Below the pieces are notes generated by a model that was not told the DNA's origin, did no database searches, and saw nothing but the letters and a program-made list of their open reading frames with translations. This document shows, one piece after another, positions 18,251 to 26,363 of a stretch of DNA of 28,098 nucleotides. Source of the stretch: a virus (lineage: Duplodnaviria > Caudoviricetes). The translations under genes were made by a program, and so were the position numbers. Position 1 is the first letter of the stretch; the number at the start of each line of letters is the position of its first letter. The stretch is taken from IMG/VR virus record IMGVR_UViG_3300032373_000089, positions 1 to 28,098 of that record. One strand, written 5' to 3'.

Positions 18251-20261
18251 CTATGACTCCTTCGCCATCAATAAATGTGTCTTCTATGGTTTGCGCGGCT
18301 TCCAGTGCTTCCTGTCCGCTTGCTATACCTGCATTCACTATTCTTTCTAGTGCTTGCGAGTAAAGATTGGTGATTTCTGCCTCTTGCTTATCGGCTTTTA
18401 ATCCTATCTCTGTCATCTCCTTTGCGGCTTCTTTCGCCAATTTCATACGTTTCAATTCAACTTCTTGAGACCTTAGCATTTGATCTTCTTTGCGCATTTC
18501 CATCTCAGCAGCTTGCTGTGCCATAAGCAGGTCTTGCATTGGGTCTCTTTGATTTGGATCTGGTTCCGGTGCTAGCTTATCAATATTAGGCGTTTTCATT
18601 GCGCTTAATACATCAAGCTGTGCTTCTCGATAATTTAATACTTGCTGTGGCTGTGTTCTTGCCATATCAAATATGGCCTGAGCACGTTGTACACGCTCTA
18701 CATCTGAGCCTTGTGATGGGTCTGCGGCCATGCGAATATCGCAATCTTCTGGATTGAAATCATTCTCCATTGAGGCTTGTTGGTCGCTGTCTAGCACTCG
18801 ATTGTATTTGTCATTGTCGTAATGCTTGTAATTTAGTGCGGCTATCTTCTGGAACTCACTGCGAGCGCAATTATAAACCCGCATAATGATTGAGTTGGGG
18901 ACTTTAAGCCCTTGCTGTAGTTTTGCCAGATAAAGGCTCGCTGCCTCTCCTGCTTGCGCCTGAACGTTAACGGCGGCATTTGTCATAGAGCGTGAAGAAT
19001 TGATTAATGCTTCCATCAGCTGGAACAGTACCGGGCTAGGGCCAGAGAAAGGGAATTGAACAATGTTATCTCTAAGATTACCAGCGCCATGATTAGGGAT
19101 TGGAGTTAATTGCCCTAGCTGTACCTCTATAGGGCCTGACTGAACCGCGTTACCTCTACCGCTTGCTAGTGATTGGTTTATCAATCCTGAGTTTGAAGCC
19201 GTGATATGTAACGTCCCTGCATCTATCATTTGTCGAACATTGGTATTAATAGCGTCAAACATAGGACCAAGTAAGATGCCCCACCCCATCCCCATAGGAC
19301 CGCCTTCTGGGTCTGGTAAGAATCGGTATTGTGTAAACTGAGGGACACAGTCTATTTTAACGATTTCACCATCATTATCTATAATTGTGTCCTCATCATA
19401 ATTAGGACGAAGCGATACAATTCTTTCCTTGTCCTCCCAGATAATAGCAATGTACGGCTCTTTCATTCCGTCATCGTCTAGGTCAAGCCATGTATGCGCC
19501 TCGATGAACTCTATTTCGTTAGTATCTTCTTCTAATTCGTCTTCATCAATATTCCACTTTTGATCGCCACGAATAAAGCTGATCACTTCGTTTTTAGAGT
19601 ATTTGCACTTCTGGAATTTATCGGGAGCGGAATCGAATGATTTATAGTTATGGTCAAATATAACTTCATCAGCCAAACAAAGCTCACTGCATACCTCTTG
19701 TATTCCTGCATCCCAGTAGGTTTTTTTATAAAAAGTACCGGGCGAGGCAAGTATTAGTAACCCCTTATCTTGGTTATCTCTCCAGTCTGGAATCATTTCT
19801 GATAGTTGATAATTTGAGAAGTCTGATACTCGTTTTGCTCTTTCTTCTTTTTCTTCGCTTGCTTGACCGTATATCTTGGCATGGATAATCTCGTTAGCCC
19901 ATACTAATTCACTGGCCGCCCTTGAGCTAAAGTCAAGCATAGCCTCAAGAATGTAAGGCATCATTGCCATGCTAGCACCTTCAAACGGGAATGATTTCTC
20001 CGTAATTTCAATATCGCCGGACATGGCTTGCATTTTAGCTAAGTTTAATGCTCGTCTGTACTTCTTGAGCCAGCCTTCCATTGACTTCCCTGCTGAATCA
20101 TATAGATCTAACGCATCAGAACACGCTTTTGTTGGGTCTTCAATTTGGTCTACGAGATTGCCAGCATCTAGGTTTTTAATCAGTAAAGAGTCGTTTTCTT
20201 CTTCGTATTCAACCAGTTCTTCGGTTATTTCTTCCATTTGGTCGTAAGGTACGCTCATCAT
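18162..20261 (-). CDS. Portal protein (P22-like podovirus)
   Basis: 699 aa after TerL. KSFPFEGAS, GTFYKKTYWD, DLDDDGMKEPY and GMGWGILLG motifs; C-terminal Gln-rich coiled-coil barrel. Confidence 0.88.
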   Translation of the reverse strand: MMSVPYDQMEEITEELVEYEEENDSLLIKNLDAGNLVDQIEDPTKACSDALDLYDSAGKSMEGWLKKYRRALNLAKMQAMSGDIEITEKSFPFEGASMAMMPYILEAMLDFSSRAASELVWANEIIHAKIYGQASEEKEERAKRVSDFSNYQLSEMIPDWRDNQDKGLLILASPGTFYKKTYWDAGIQEVCSELCLADEVIFDHNYKSFDSAPDKFQKCKYSKNEVISFIRGDQKWNIDEDELEEDTNEIEFIEAHTWLDLDDDGMKEPYIAIIWEDKERIVSLRPNYDEDTIIDNDGEIVKIDCVPQFTQYRFLPDPEGGPMGMGWGILLGPMFDAINTNVRQMIDAGTLHITASNSGLINQSLASGRGNAVQSGPIEVQLGQLTPIPNHGAGNLRDNIVQFPFSGPSPVLFQLMEALINSSRSMTNAAVNVQAQAGEAASLYLAKLQQGLKVPNSIIMRVYNCARSEFQKIAALNYKHYDNDKYNRVLDSDQQASMENDFNPEDCDIRMAADPSQGSDVERVQRAQAIFDMARTQPQQVLNYREAQLDVLSAMKTPNIDKLAPEPDPNQRDPMQDLLMAQQAAEMEMRKEDQMLRSQEVELKRMKLAKEAAKEMTEIGLKADKQEAEITNLYSQALERIVNAGIASGQEALEAAQTIEDTFIDGEGVIDGRQTQEINPVTAGDMAGQPSNTDIPTMP

Positions 20262-20380
20262 CTTTTTCTCTTAGCTAGCTTAGTTTGCTCTTGATTGGTA
20301 AGAGGTCTCCACAAACCGCATACATTACATCGTGTATATGCGAGAGACTTATCTTTAACTTTAACGCAATTATGACACAT
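20258..20380 (-). CDS. 40-aa CxxC...CxxC zinc-finger microprotein
   Basis: Not in track. MCHNCVKVKDKSLAYTRCNVCGLWRPLTNQEQTKLAKRKR; TAATG overlap upstream and ATGA overlap with the portal start. Confidence 0.6.
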   Translation of the reverse strand: MCHNCVKVKDKSLAYTRCNVCGLWRPLTNQEQTKLAKRKR

Positions 20381-20520
20381 TACAAACCTATCATATATAA
20401 AAATACTTGCATCTGACTAAGTTCTGGATTATTGACCCAATAACCAAACCCGAGAACACACCAAAGAACAAAAGATATTATTAATAATGATGTAAACGTA
20501 AAAGTAATTGAGTTATTCAA
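20380..20520 (-). CDS. 46-aa membrane microprotein
   Basis: Not in track. TTG start overlaps the terL stop; MNNSITFTFTSLLIISFVLWCVLGFGYWVNNPELSQMQVFLYMIGL. Confidence 0.55.
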   Translation of the reverse strand: MNNSITFTFTSLLIISFVLWCVLGFGYWVNNPELSQMQVFLYMIGL

Positions 20521-22010
20521 TAGCCTGTCACCGTATCCCTACCCGCTTTTTTAGGTGAGTAATAAACTGTTTCATCTGGGTACAAATCGCACACCCTAAT
20601 AGCATACCTTCTCATCATGTAAGCATAGCGTATTGCGTCTAATAAGTCATCTTTAACTTTTACTATATCAGTATTGCCGCTAGGCGTTGTCTTTGTGTGA
20701 TATTGCCTTAATTCTTCAAATACTTCAAACAGGCTAGACACTATCTTAAATCTACCCGTACTCATTAAATTATTTAGCTCCATAATACCAGCCCATACAC
20801 CATTGCCGCCGTCTTCCCATGTGGCATGCTCTGCCAGCATATTAAAGCCTTCTTCCTCGTAATAGTCTTTTTGTTGTTTTGCGCTACCTTTTTCTGTTTG
20901 TAGTCCGTCACTAGGCCATGCTGTAGGTACGTTTTCACACCAAGGCTTTATAATATGCCATGCTTCAAAAGGCTGCTTCTTAGACGCTTTCCATGCGTTT
21001 ACGATATAAAACATATCCGCGCCCTTATCCCATACCATCTGAATATGCGCTTGAGGGTGATCCCAGCCAAAGTCCATACCGTTAATCACGAACCAGTGAT
21101 CTGGAATATCAAACGGTTTTATTGATAGTTCGTCTTCATCAACCTCATATATTAACCCTGAACCCATTAGCGGCGTTCCTTCGCTTCGCATTTTACGCTG
21201 GTACTTTGGATACATGGATAATATCTTTCTTTGCATATCTTCATCTAAATGAGAGCATTCTTTCCATGTTGCGGTCTGCAAATACATACCTGTATCGGCA
21301 AAGTTTATTTGTTCTTCGCCGTCCTCAAGGTCTGGTTCTTCACCCATAAACTTACATACAAGCTGGGTTTTTCCGTTTTCAGGTGTAAATGTGAGAATAC
21401 CAGAACCGCCATTTCCTTGATTACCGCTTAATGTTCTAGTTAATACTTGAGGGAATATGTTTGCGTCTTTGGGTTCTTCATCAATATGATACCAATCAAC
21501 TTCATCCCCCATAATGGCGTGCTGGCCTTGAGAATATGACCAGAACTGACAAGTGGATATGCCGTTTCTATGCTTTACTCTAACCTCGCGCATTGCACCA
21601 GATGTTCCAGCCATAGCGATACTACCTACTATTCTATCAGCTGGTATCAATCCGCCTTCAAATTGCTTATCAATATATCGTCCGAATAGTTTATTTTGCA
21701 GTAAATCCCTAGTCTTTTCGCCTGAATACCCCAATAGCCAGCACATAGGCGGGAAATCAAAGGTGATTCCCTCCCAATTATCAGGGTAATCTCCAATCAG
21801 GTGGTATGCGTCCATTATTAATCCTGTGCGGGTCTTACCGGAACGGTTGGAGGCCATCAGCATACATGCGCTAAAGTCTTTGGTTGCTCTTATGAACTTT
21901 CGCTGCCATTCATAGGCATTCTCATATGATCGAGAAAGTATATTTTTCTTATTCCGCCTTATCTTTTCTTCGAGCAATGCGGCGTACTCTATTTTTTCTT
22001 GCCTGTTCAT
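20517..22010 (-). CDS. terL: Terminase large subunit (P22 gp2-like)
   Basis: Walker A MASNRSGKT, Walker B WYHIDEEP, coupling motif TFTP, nuclease GMDFGWDHP and DDLLDAIRYA. Start reassigned to MNRQEK at 22010 (ATGA overlap). Confidence 0.93.
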   Translation of the reverse strand: MNRQEKIEYAALLEEKIRRNKKNILSRSYENAYEWQRKFIRATKDFSACMLMASNRSGKTRTGLIMDAYHLIGDYPDNWEGITFDFPPMCWLLGYSGEKTRDLLQNKLFGRYIDKQFEGGLIPADRIVGSIAMAGTSGAMREVRVKHRNGISTCQFWSYSQGQHAIMGDEVDWYHIDEEPKDANIFPQVLTRTLSGNQGNGGSGILTFTPENGKTQLVCKFMGEEPDLEDGEEQINFADTGMYLQTATWKECSHLDEDMQRKILSMYPKYQRKMRSEGTPLMGSGLIYEVDEDELSIKPFDIPDHWFVINGMDFGWDHPQAHIQMVWDKGADMFYIVNAWKASKKQPFEAWHIIKPWCENVPTAWPSDGLQTEKGSAKQQKDYYEEEGFNMLAEHATWEDGGNGVWAGIMELNNLMSTGRFKIVSSLFEVFEELRQYHTKTTPSGNTDIVKVKDDLLDAIRYAYMMRRYAIRVCDLYPDETVYYSPKKAGRDTVTGY

Positions 22011-22201
22011 CTTGGAGGGGTGATGTGCTGAACAGCATTCAATACACTGTATATTTCTTGGGGGGTTCCTGCTGCAAAAGCTAAACCGTGATTTCCGCAG
22101 GATGGGCATTCATTACTTAAAGCTAACCCTTCTGTTGGATGCCACCACGAACATGTAGCGCAATAATATATCTTGAACTCTTGCAGCTTCATAGCCGGCA
22201 T
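22007..22201 (-). CDS. 64-aa zinc-ribbon protein between terS and terL
   Basis: CATC...CPSC; TAATG and ATGA overlaps with both terminase genes. Confidence 0.65.
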   Translation of the reverse strand: MPAMKLQEFKIYYCATCSWWHPTEGLALSNECPSCGNHGLAFAAGTPQEIYSVLNAVQHITPPR

Positions 22202-22710
22202 TACGGTTTCTCGCTCTGATTTCGCTGGGATTCAAGCTGTCTTAGCTTGCTCTCTATTTCTTCGTCTGTTAGCTGGGACATATCAACCACACCCAACACA
22301 CCCGACACTTCTTGCTCTGTTTTGTCTTTTAGCCCTAGATCACGAGCAATGATACTAGCGTTTAGAAGGTCTGCTGCTGCCCCTGAAAACTTCTGATTCT
22401 TAATGGCTCGCTCAACTTGCATACAGACACTCAAAAAATCATCATCATTTTTGTAGTTAGTCCATGTATTCTCACAAACATCAAGAAATAAACATAAGCC
22501 GCCAATAGTCATAGCACGCATTTTATAAATATCGGTTTTTACTATTTCACCCTGATAAGAAAAGGCTTTTTCCTCATATAGCGGGTTGTCTTCTACCCAC
22601 TGAAAATACTCCTCACACGCCTCTAATAATTCTTGGGGTGACTTGAATATTGGGTTTCTTCCGTGTGTGCTTCTTGCTTTCCAGAATTGATTACCGGCGG
22701 GCGCTGCCAT
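22201..22710 (-). CDS. terS: Terminase small subunit (P22 gp3-like DNA-packaging protein)
   Basis: [22 protein letters not shown]...[10 protein letters not shown]...[23 protein letters not shown] closely matches the P22 gp3 pattern. Confidence 0.95.
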   Translation of the reverse strand: MAAPAGNQFWKARSTHGRNPIFKSPQELLEACEEYFQWVEDNPLYEEKAFSYQGEIVKTDIYKMRAMTIGGLCLFLDVCENTWTNYKNDDDFLSVCMQVERAIKNQKFSGAAADLLNASIIARDLGLKDKTEQEVSGVLGVVDMSQLTDEEIESKLRQLESQRNQSEKP

Positions 22711-22749
22711 TGCGATCCTCTCTTGGGTTATTCGCTTAAAATTAGACTA

Positions 22750-22778
22750 ATTATAGTTTATTTATACATACACGTCTA
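22750..22778 (-). promoter_or_regulatory. Sigma70-like late promoter upstream of terS
   Basis: TAGACG-17 nt-TATAAT; palindrome AATTAG-T-CTAATT (22740-22752) overlaps the -10 element and likely start site. Confidence 0.6.
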
Positions 22779-22834
22779 TTTTTACCCTTCTTGCCCTAGC
22801 GCAGTAAACTTGCCTGATTACCTGATAGAAGTAT

Positions 22835-23083
22835 TTATTTGTTTCCATAATTATCTCTTATAAACATGTAAAATCGTGAAATAACAAAATTTAGTCTTGC
22901 TACTGGGTCAATATACTCACTGGCTTCTTTGTTTATACGGAATAACAGCCCATTTAAGCGCTATTCGCATCTTTCGTCCCCATTACACATATCTTTGATG
23001 TTCTCTTGCTGTAGGCGTTCAGATTCAGCCTCAAACTGTTTTGGGTCTTCTTGATACAGTTTTAGCATTTTATCAAAGTTCAT
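22835..23083 (-). pseudogene. DUF3135-like gene with internal TAG
   Basis: MNFDKMLKLYQEDPKQFEAESERLQQENIKDMCNGDERCE*RLNGLLFRINKEASEYIDPVARLNFVISRF...; TAG at 22961-22963. Both halves resemble DUF3135 (from memory). Confidence 0.55.
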
Positions 23084-23210
23084 TTTGAATTATCTTTCTT
23101 CCGTATTACTTCCAAAATCCTGTCTATGGCCTTGTCGCTTAGATTTGGTCTATTTTTTAGTAGTTTGTTTACTTTGTATTCTGTAAGGCTTTTTACATTT
23201 CACAATAATT

Positions 23211-23269
23211 CCATAACAGGTACATAACGCAGACCTCGCAAGCTCGGCTGGTTATGATGGCTGTTATGC
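23211..23269 (+). repeat. attC-like site B1
   Basis: CCATAAC-AGGTA-CATAAC[G]CAG[A]CC-loop-GGCTG-GTTATG-ATGGCT-GTTATGC: R''/L''/L'/R' boxes, unpaired spacer and two extrahelical bases; 59 bp. Confidence 0.8.
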
Positions 23270-23479
23270 GTTAAACGGAACACCAATCCGCCCCGCGCCT
23301 TCGCCGAATTCAAATATTTCATAGCCGACCTCACTTCCGAGTGAGCTGCTTTCAGCGCCTTTTCGTGCATCTTCTTCTGTAGCGAACTGCACAATTTCAT
23401 TTTCATCATCAACAAGCGGTAAAATATATTCACCATTTGGGTGTTGAAGCATTACAAAGTAAGTTTTTTCCATATCCAT
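23264..23479 (-). CDS. 71-aa acidic hypothetical protein (cassette 1 cargo)
   Basis: SD GGGAG; its TAA stop is the TTA of the B1 GTTA box; flanked by attC-like sites. Confidence 0.75.
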   Translation of the reverse strand: MDMEKTYFVMLQHPNGEYILPLVDDENEIVQFATEEDARKGAESSSLGSEVGYEIFEFGEGAGRIGVPFNA

Positions 23480-23486
23480 CTCCCAC

Positions 23487-23549
23487 GCCTAACAAGGCGT
23501 TTAAAAATCGGAGCGCGAAAAGCCGCGCCCGTTTAACTCTGCGTTATAT
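23487..23549 (+). repeat. attC-like site A1
   Basis: GCCTAAC-AAGGC-GTTTAAA...CGGAGCGCG-AAAAGC-CGCGCCCG-TTTAAC-TCTGC-GTTATAT; 63 bp, 58/63 identical to 26598-26660. Confidence 0.85.
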
Positions 23550-23750
23550 TTATGCGAACGGCTGCATCAAGATACGATTAAACAAACTAAACCTGCCTGC
23601 ATTGTCAACATCGTCAAAAGTTAAGGTAACTAATGACCTGCCAGTTCTTTCGTAATCAATAGGATTGCCGACAAAGCGTCCATTAAACCTCTTAACCAGC
23701 CTTTGTGTGAAAACTATGTTTTTTGTTTTAGACCAATCCGTCATCTTCAT
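23550..23750 (-). CDS. Hypothetical 66-aa protein
   Basis: Start reassigned to MKMTDWSK (SD GGAGAG); stop abuts A1. Confidence 0.6.
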   Translation of the reverse strand: MKMTDWSKTKNIVFTQRLVKRFNGRFVGNPIDYERTGRSLVTLTFDDVDNAGRFSLFNRILMQPFA

Positions 23751-23796
23751 GATTAACTCTCCAAAAATATTTCCATTATTCTCTCCATAAGCCATA

Positions 23797-23825
23797 ATAT
23801 TATACTTGTTAAATCTAAAAGTCAA
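23797..23825 (-). promoter_or_regulatory. Sigma70-like promoter
   Basis: TTGACT-17 nt-TAATAT (an overlapping TATAAT lies at 15-nt spacing), right after the ninB stop. Confidence 0.55.
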
Positions 23826-23826
23826 G

Positions 23827-24246
23827 TTATTTATCCATTGCTTCGTTGTACATTTCCTCTGGATGCGGCAAAATTAACCCTAAATGTTCAGAACAATACA
23901 TTTCTAATATTTCCAGATAATCACACATTTCCTTATTAGTCATCTTGCTGGTATGCGCTCTTATTGCCTTTTCTCGTCCATTTATATTTACCATTTTTCT
24001 GGGTAAAAGCAGGTCAACAAAATATTCATGTATATCCTCAGTCGAATATATCTGCCCTTGTGATTCTTTTAGGTGTTTTTGTATTTCGCCGTTCCATAAC
24101 CACATTAGTTTATTTATTGCTAGGCTGCGTTTAGGCTTATATAGGCTTGTTTCTACTTGAACAGGTTTAGTGATGACCGCCGCCTTAATTTTGGCTATAA
24201 ACGCTTCCTTGTCGGCCTCGTTAAATATTATGGTTGTTTGTTTCAC
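23827..24246 (-). CDS. ninB: NinB/YbcN-family recombination accessory protein
   Basis: KRSLAINKLMWLW and HTSKMTNKEMCDYLEILEMY...GLILP motifs. Confidence 0.8.
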   Translation of the reverse strand: MKQTTIIFNEADKEAFIAKIKAAVITKPVQVETSLYKPKRSLAINKLMWLWNGEIQKHLKESQGQIYSTEDIHEYFVDLLLPRKMVNINGREKAIRAHTSKMTNKEMCDYLEILEMYCSEHLGLILPHPEEMYNEAMDK

Positions 24247-24743
24247 TTTACCGTACCGAATCTTGAGAAGACACGCTTAAACCCATCGTTATTGTGGCCT
24301 AAGTAGGTGATCACGCTGCCTTTTGTAACCCCCGTTTTCTTTTTTCCGTTTGGTAAATAATAATTTGTGCGGCCATGAATAAAGCATTGCGGATAATTTA
24401 ATAGCGACCTAAACCATTTCTCAGATGTTGCGGCAAACGTAATGCAGCACGCTTGTTTGCCTTTTAATATTCCAGACTCATAAACGGCTACAAGATGCTT
24501 TATCCATAATGGATTGTTTGTTCTGCTGAAAGGATGATTCATCCAGATATTTCCGAACCAAGGCTTATTTAGTCCGTCTTCGCTATAAAACCGTGTTGCT
24601 TGTATCTGTTTGTTCGCTGTTTCGCTTGATGAAGGATCAAGATCAATACTTCCCATAACATCCCTTGCAGCATTAACTAGCTCTATAGGCGTGTACCATT
24701 CAAAATTGCCGCTATCCTGATTTATTAGTTTTGCATTATTCAT
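24243..24743 (-). CDS. Phage DNA N6-adenine methyltransferase (Dam-like)
   Basis: EWYTP, IDLDPSS, DGL..PWFGNIWMNHPFS (NPPY-equivalent) and TSEKWF motifs. Confidence 0.85.
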   Translation of the reverse strand: MNNAKLINQDSGNFEWYTPIELVNAARDVMGSIDLDPSSSETANKQIQATRFYSEDGLNKPWFGNIWMNHPFSRTNNPLWIKHLVAVYESGILKGKQACCITFAATSEKWFRSLLNYPQCFIHGRTNYYLPNGKKKTGVTKGSVITYLGHNNDGFKRVFSRFGTVK

Positions 24744-24949
24744 TAAAATAAAGCCTCCTGCTTTGACTGATAGAGCGATTTTCTTTTGTATTCGTTTGTT
24801 TCTGTAGTCTCAACAATCATACCTCTGGCAAGAATCTTTAAACATCTTCTGATTTCATCAACGCTAAGCCCTGTTTGTTCTGTTAGGTCGCAAGGCCGGT
24901 AAATACAGCCGGAATTCATCGCTGTCAAAACTTTATTTGTATTATCCAC
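24743..24949 (-). CDS. Small winged-HTH protein
   Basis: 'PCDLTEQTGLSVDEIRRCLKILARGMIV' HTH pattern. Confidence 0.65.
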   Translation of the reverse strand: MDNTNKVLTAMNSGCIYRPCDLTEQTGLSVDEIRRCLKILARGMIVETTETNEYKRKSLYQSKQEALF

Positions 24950-25436
24950 GTCTGCCTCTCCTTTTCTTTGTGTCTTTAGCTATATTGAACCCCGCCATAT
25001 ATTCATCCGCAGTCTTCACAGGAACCCGCTTATACTTACTAATATCCATCCCGCAATCTTCGCACTCTTGGACAATCATGCCTATATGACAGATATTAGG
25101 ATCCTTCATTGCGGCAGGGTGTGACATCCAGTTTTTGCCTCTGTATTTGTCGTGGTTGCATTTATTTAAAGTAACGGGATTTACCACGCGATCAGTAATA
25201 CTACATTTTCGCGGGTTATCCTCTTTTAGTTGTCCTTCTTCTTTTAGTTTGTTTACTCTTGCGCTAACGCTGCTTAATTCGATGTTGCCCCACTTGCCGC
25301 GATATATTGCCATAATTTCTTGAAGGCTTAAATTTCCACCTAGCGACACAATATCCAATATTTTGTCACTTTGTGACATTTCATTGGTTTCTTTTGTTTC
25401 GCGGTAGCTGGCTTTGCTTGTGCACTTAACAGTCAT
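24942..25436 (-). CDS. Winged-HTH protein with Cys/His-rich C-terminus
   Basis: 'LSLQEI...IELSSVSARVNKLKEEG...RKCSIT' pattern, then CNH...CEDC. Confidence 0.65.
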   Translation of the reverse strand: MTVKCTSKASYRETKETNEMSQSDKILDIVSLGGNLSLQEIMAIYRGKWGNIELSSVSARVNKLKEEGQLKEDNPRKCSITDRVVNPVTLNKCNHDKYRGKNWMSHPAAMKDPNICHIGMIVQECEDCGMDISKYKRVPVKTADEYMAGFNIAKDTKKRRGRRG

Positions 25437-25770
25437 TTTCTATCGCCTCAAATATATCAAAACTTATATACTCTTTCCCTTTTGGCACAATTCGCTTATA
25501 TGCGCCAATATGATAAATGCGGTTGTCATTAAACCCGTATTTCTTTTGTAAAATGTCAATAAACGGTTTTAAGCAGTTATCTAAATCAAAACCCTTATTG
25601 CTAACCCCGATTTGAATATGGAATTCTAAGTTCCCGCCGGGTATCTTCATCGGCTTTAAATTAACCAAGCAATCGTTGATAAACTGCTTATAGCGTGGCG
25701 TCTTGTACCTTTTTCCGCCTCGATATGCCATATTCATAGATAGCGGTTTAACGTCAATCTTCACGCTCAT
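25426..25770 (-). CDS. rusA: RusA-family Holliday junction resolvase
   Basis: PLSMN.AY and DLDNCLKPFIDIL...NDNRI catalytic motif; start reassigned to MSVKIDV (ATGA overlap). Confidence 0.88.
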   Translation of the reverse strand: MSVKIDVKPLSMNMAYRGGKRYKTPRYKQFINDCLVNLKPMKIPGGNLEFHIQIGVSNKGFDLDNCLKPFIDILQKKYGFNDNRIYHIGAYKRIVPKGKEYISFDIFEAIENDC

Positions 25771-25976
25771 TCCTTGCTTTGCCAGCACGCGTGTTCGGAC
25801 AGCTCACGATGAACCCAATTAACAGCTTGCTCAGAATATAGCTGCAAGCCTTCGTTTTCTAAATTAATATCCTCACTTAGTGTTTCGTCACACACATTTA
25901 TCACTTCTTGTAGCTGTTTTATTTTAGCCTCAAGATGTTTTACATGACTAGATATTCTTTCGTTTACGTTACTCAT
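25767..25976 (-). CDS. Hypothetical coiled-coil protein
   Basis: Start reassigned to MSNVNE (SD GAGGG); 69 aa. Confidence 0.6.
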   Translation of the reverse strand: MSNVNERISSHVKHLEAKIKQLQEVINVCDETLSEDINLENEGLQLYSEQAVNWVHRELSEHACWQSKE

Positions 25977-25995
25977 AATAATTCCCTCAGCCTCC

Positions 25996-26295
25996 TTAAA
26001 GCCCACCACCTAAATATTCACGAAACAAATACCTCACATGGTAAAAATCTAAGCCTAGTTGTTTTGCTATCTCTCTAGATGATAGCTTTAATCTTTGTGT
26101 TCTTTGTGTCGATAGAATCTTGCGCCCCCTTCTTGCCATGCGCTTGCATTCTCTCCTTGTTTCTTCGTCTTCTGCTTCTTTAGCAGCTTTCGCATATTTA
26201 GCAACAAGCTCAATATTAAAATCTATCTTTTCAGATAATGCGATTTTAAAATCAAACCTTTCGTATATTTCGTCGTTTGTTTCTTTAGTTGTCAT
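25996..26295 (-). CDS. Basic protein with C-terminal HTH
   Basis: 'LSSREIAKQLGLDFYHVRYL' HTH; SD GAGGTG immediately after B2 on the minus strand. Confidence 0.65.
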   Translation of the reverse strand: MTTKETNDEIYERFDFKIALSEKIDFNIELVAKYAKAAKEAEDEETRRECKRMARRGRKILSTQRTQRLKLSSREIAKQLGLDFYHVRYLFREYLGGGL

Positions 26296-26307
26296 AATTC
26301 ACCTCAT

Positions 26308-26363
26308 TTATAACAGGTCGCTAACACAGACCGCTACGCGGCTGGCTAGCTTGGCTGTTATGC
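26308..26363 (+). repeat. attC-like site B2
   Basis: TTATAAC-AGGTC-GCTAAC[A]CAG[A]CCGC-TAC-GCGGCTG-GCTAGC-TTGGCT-GTTATGC; 56 bp, homologous to B1 with compensatory L-box changes. Confidence 0.8.

Noticed and set aside
22011-22109. N-terminal extension of terL in the track (similarly for groES, rusA, 17115, 23550 and 25767 ORFs)
   Set aside because: The extensions overlap upstream genes or promoters; downstream ATGs have SDs or coupled overlaps.
22762-22848. 28-aa ORF METNKYFYQVIRQVYCARARRVKIDVYV
   Set aside because: Short, weak SD, and overlaps the predicted terS promoter; insufficient support.
23200-23436. 78-aa minus-strand ORF running through B1
   Set aside because: It is an alternate frame of the 71-aa cassette gene, which has an SD and stops in the attC box.
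23753-23776. 7-aa uORF MEIFLES between duplicated GGAGAG motifs
   Set aside because: Too short to distinguish from chance or a small local duplication.
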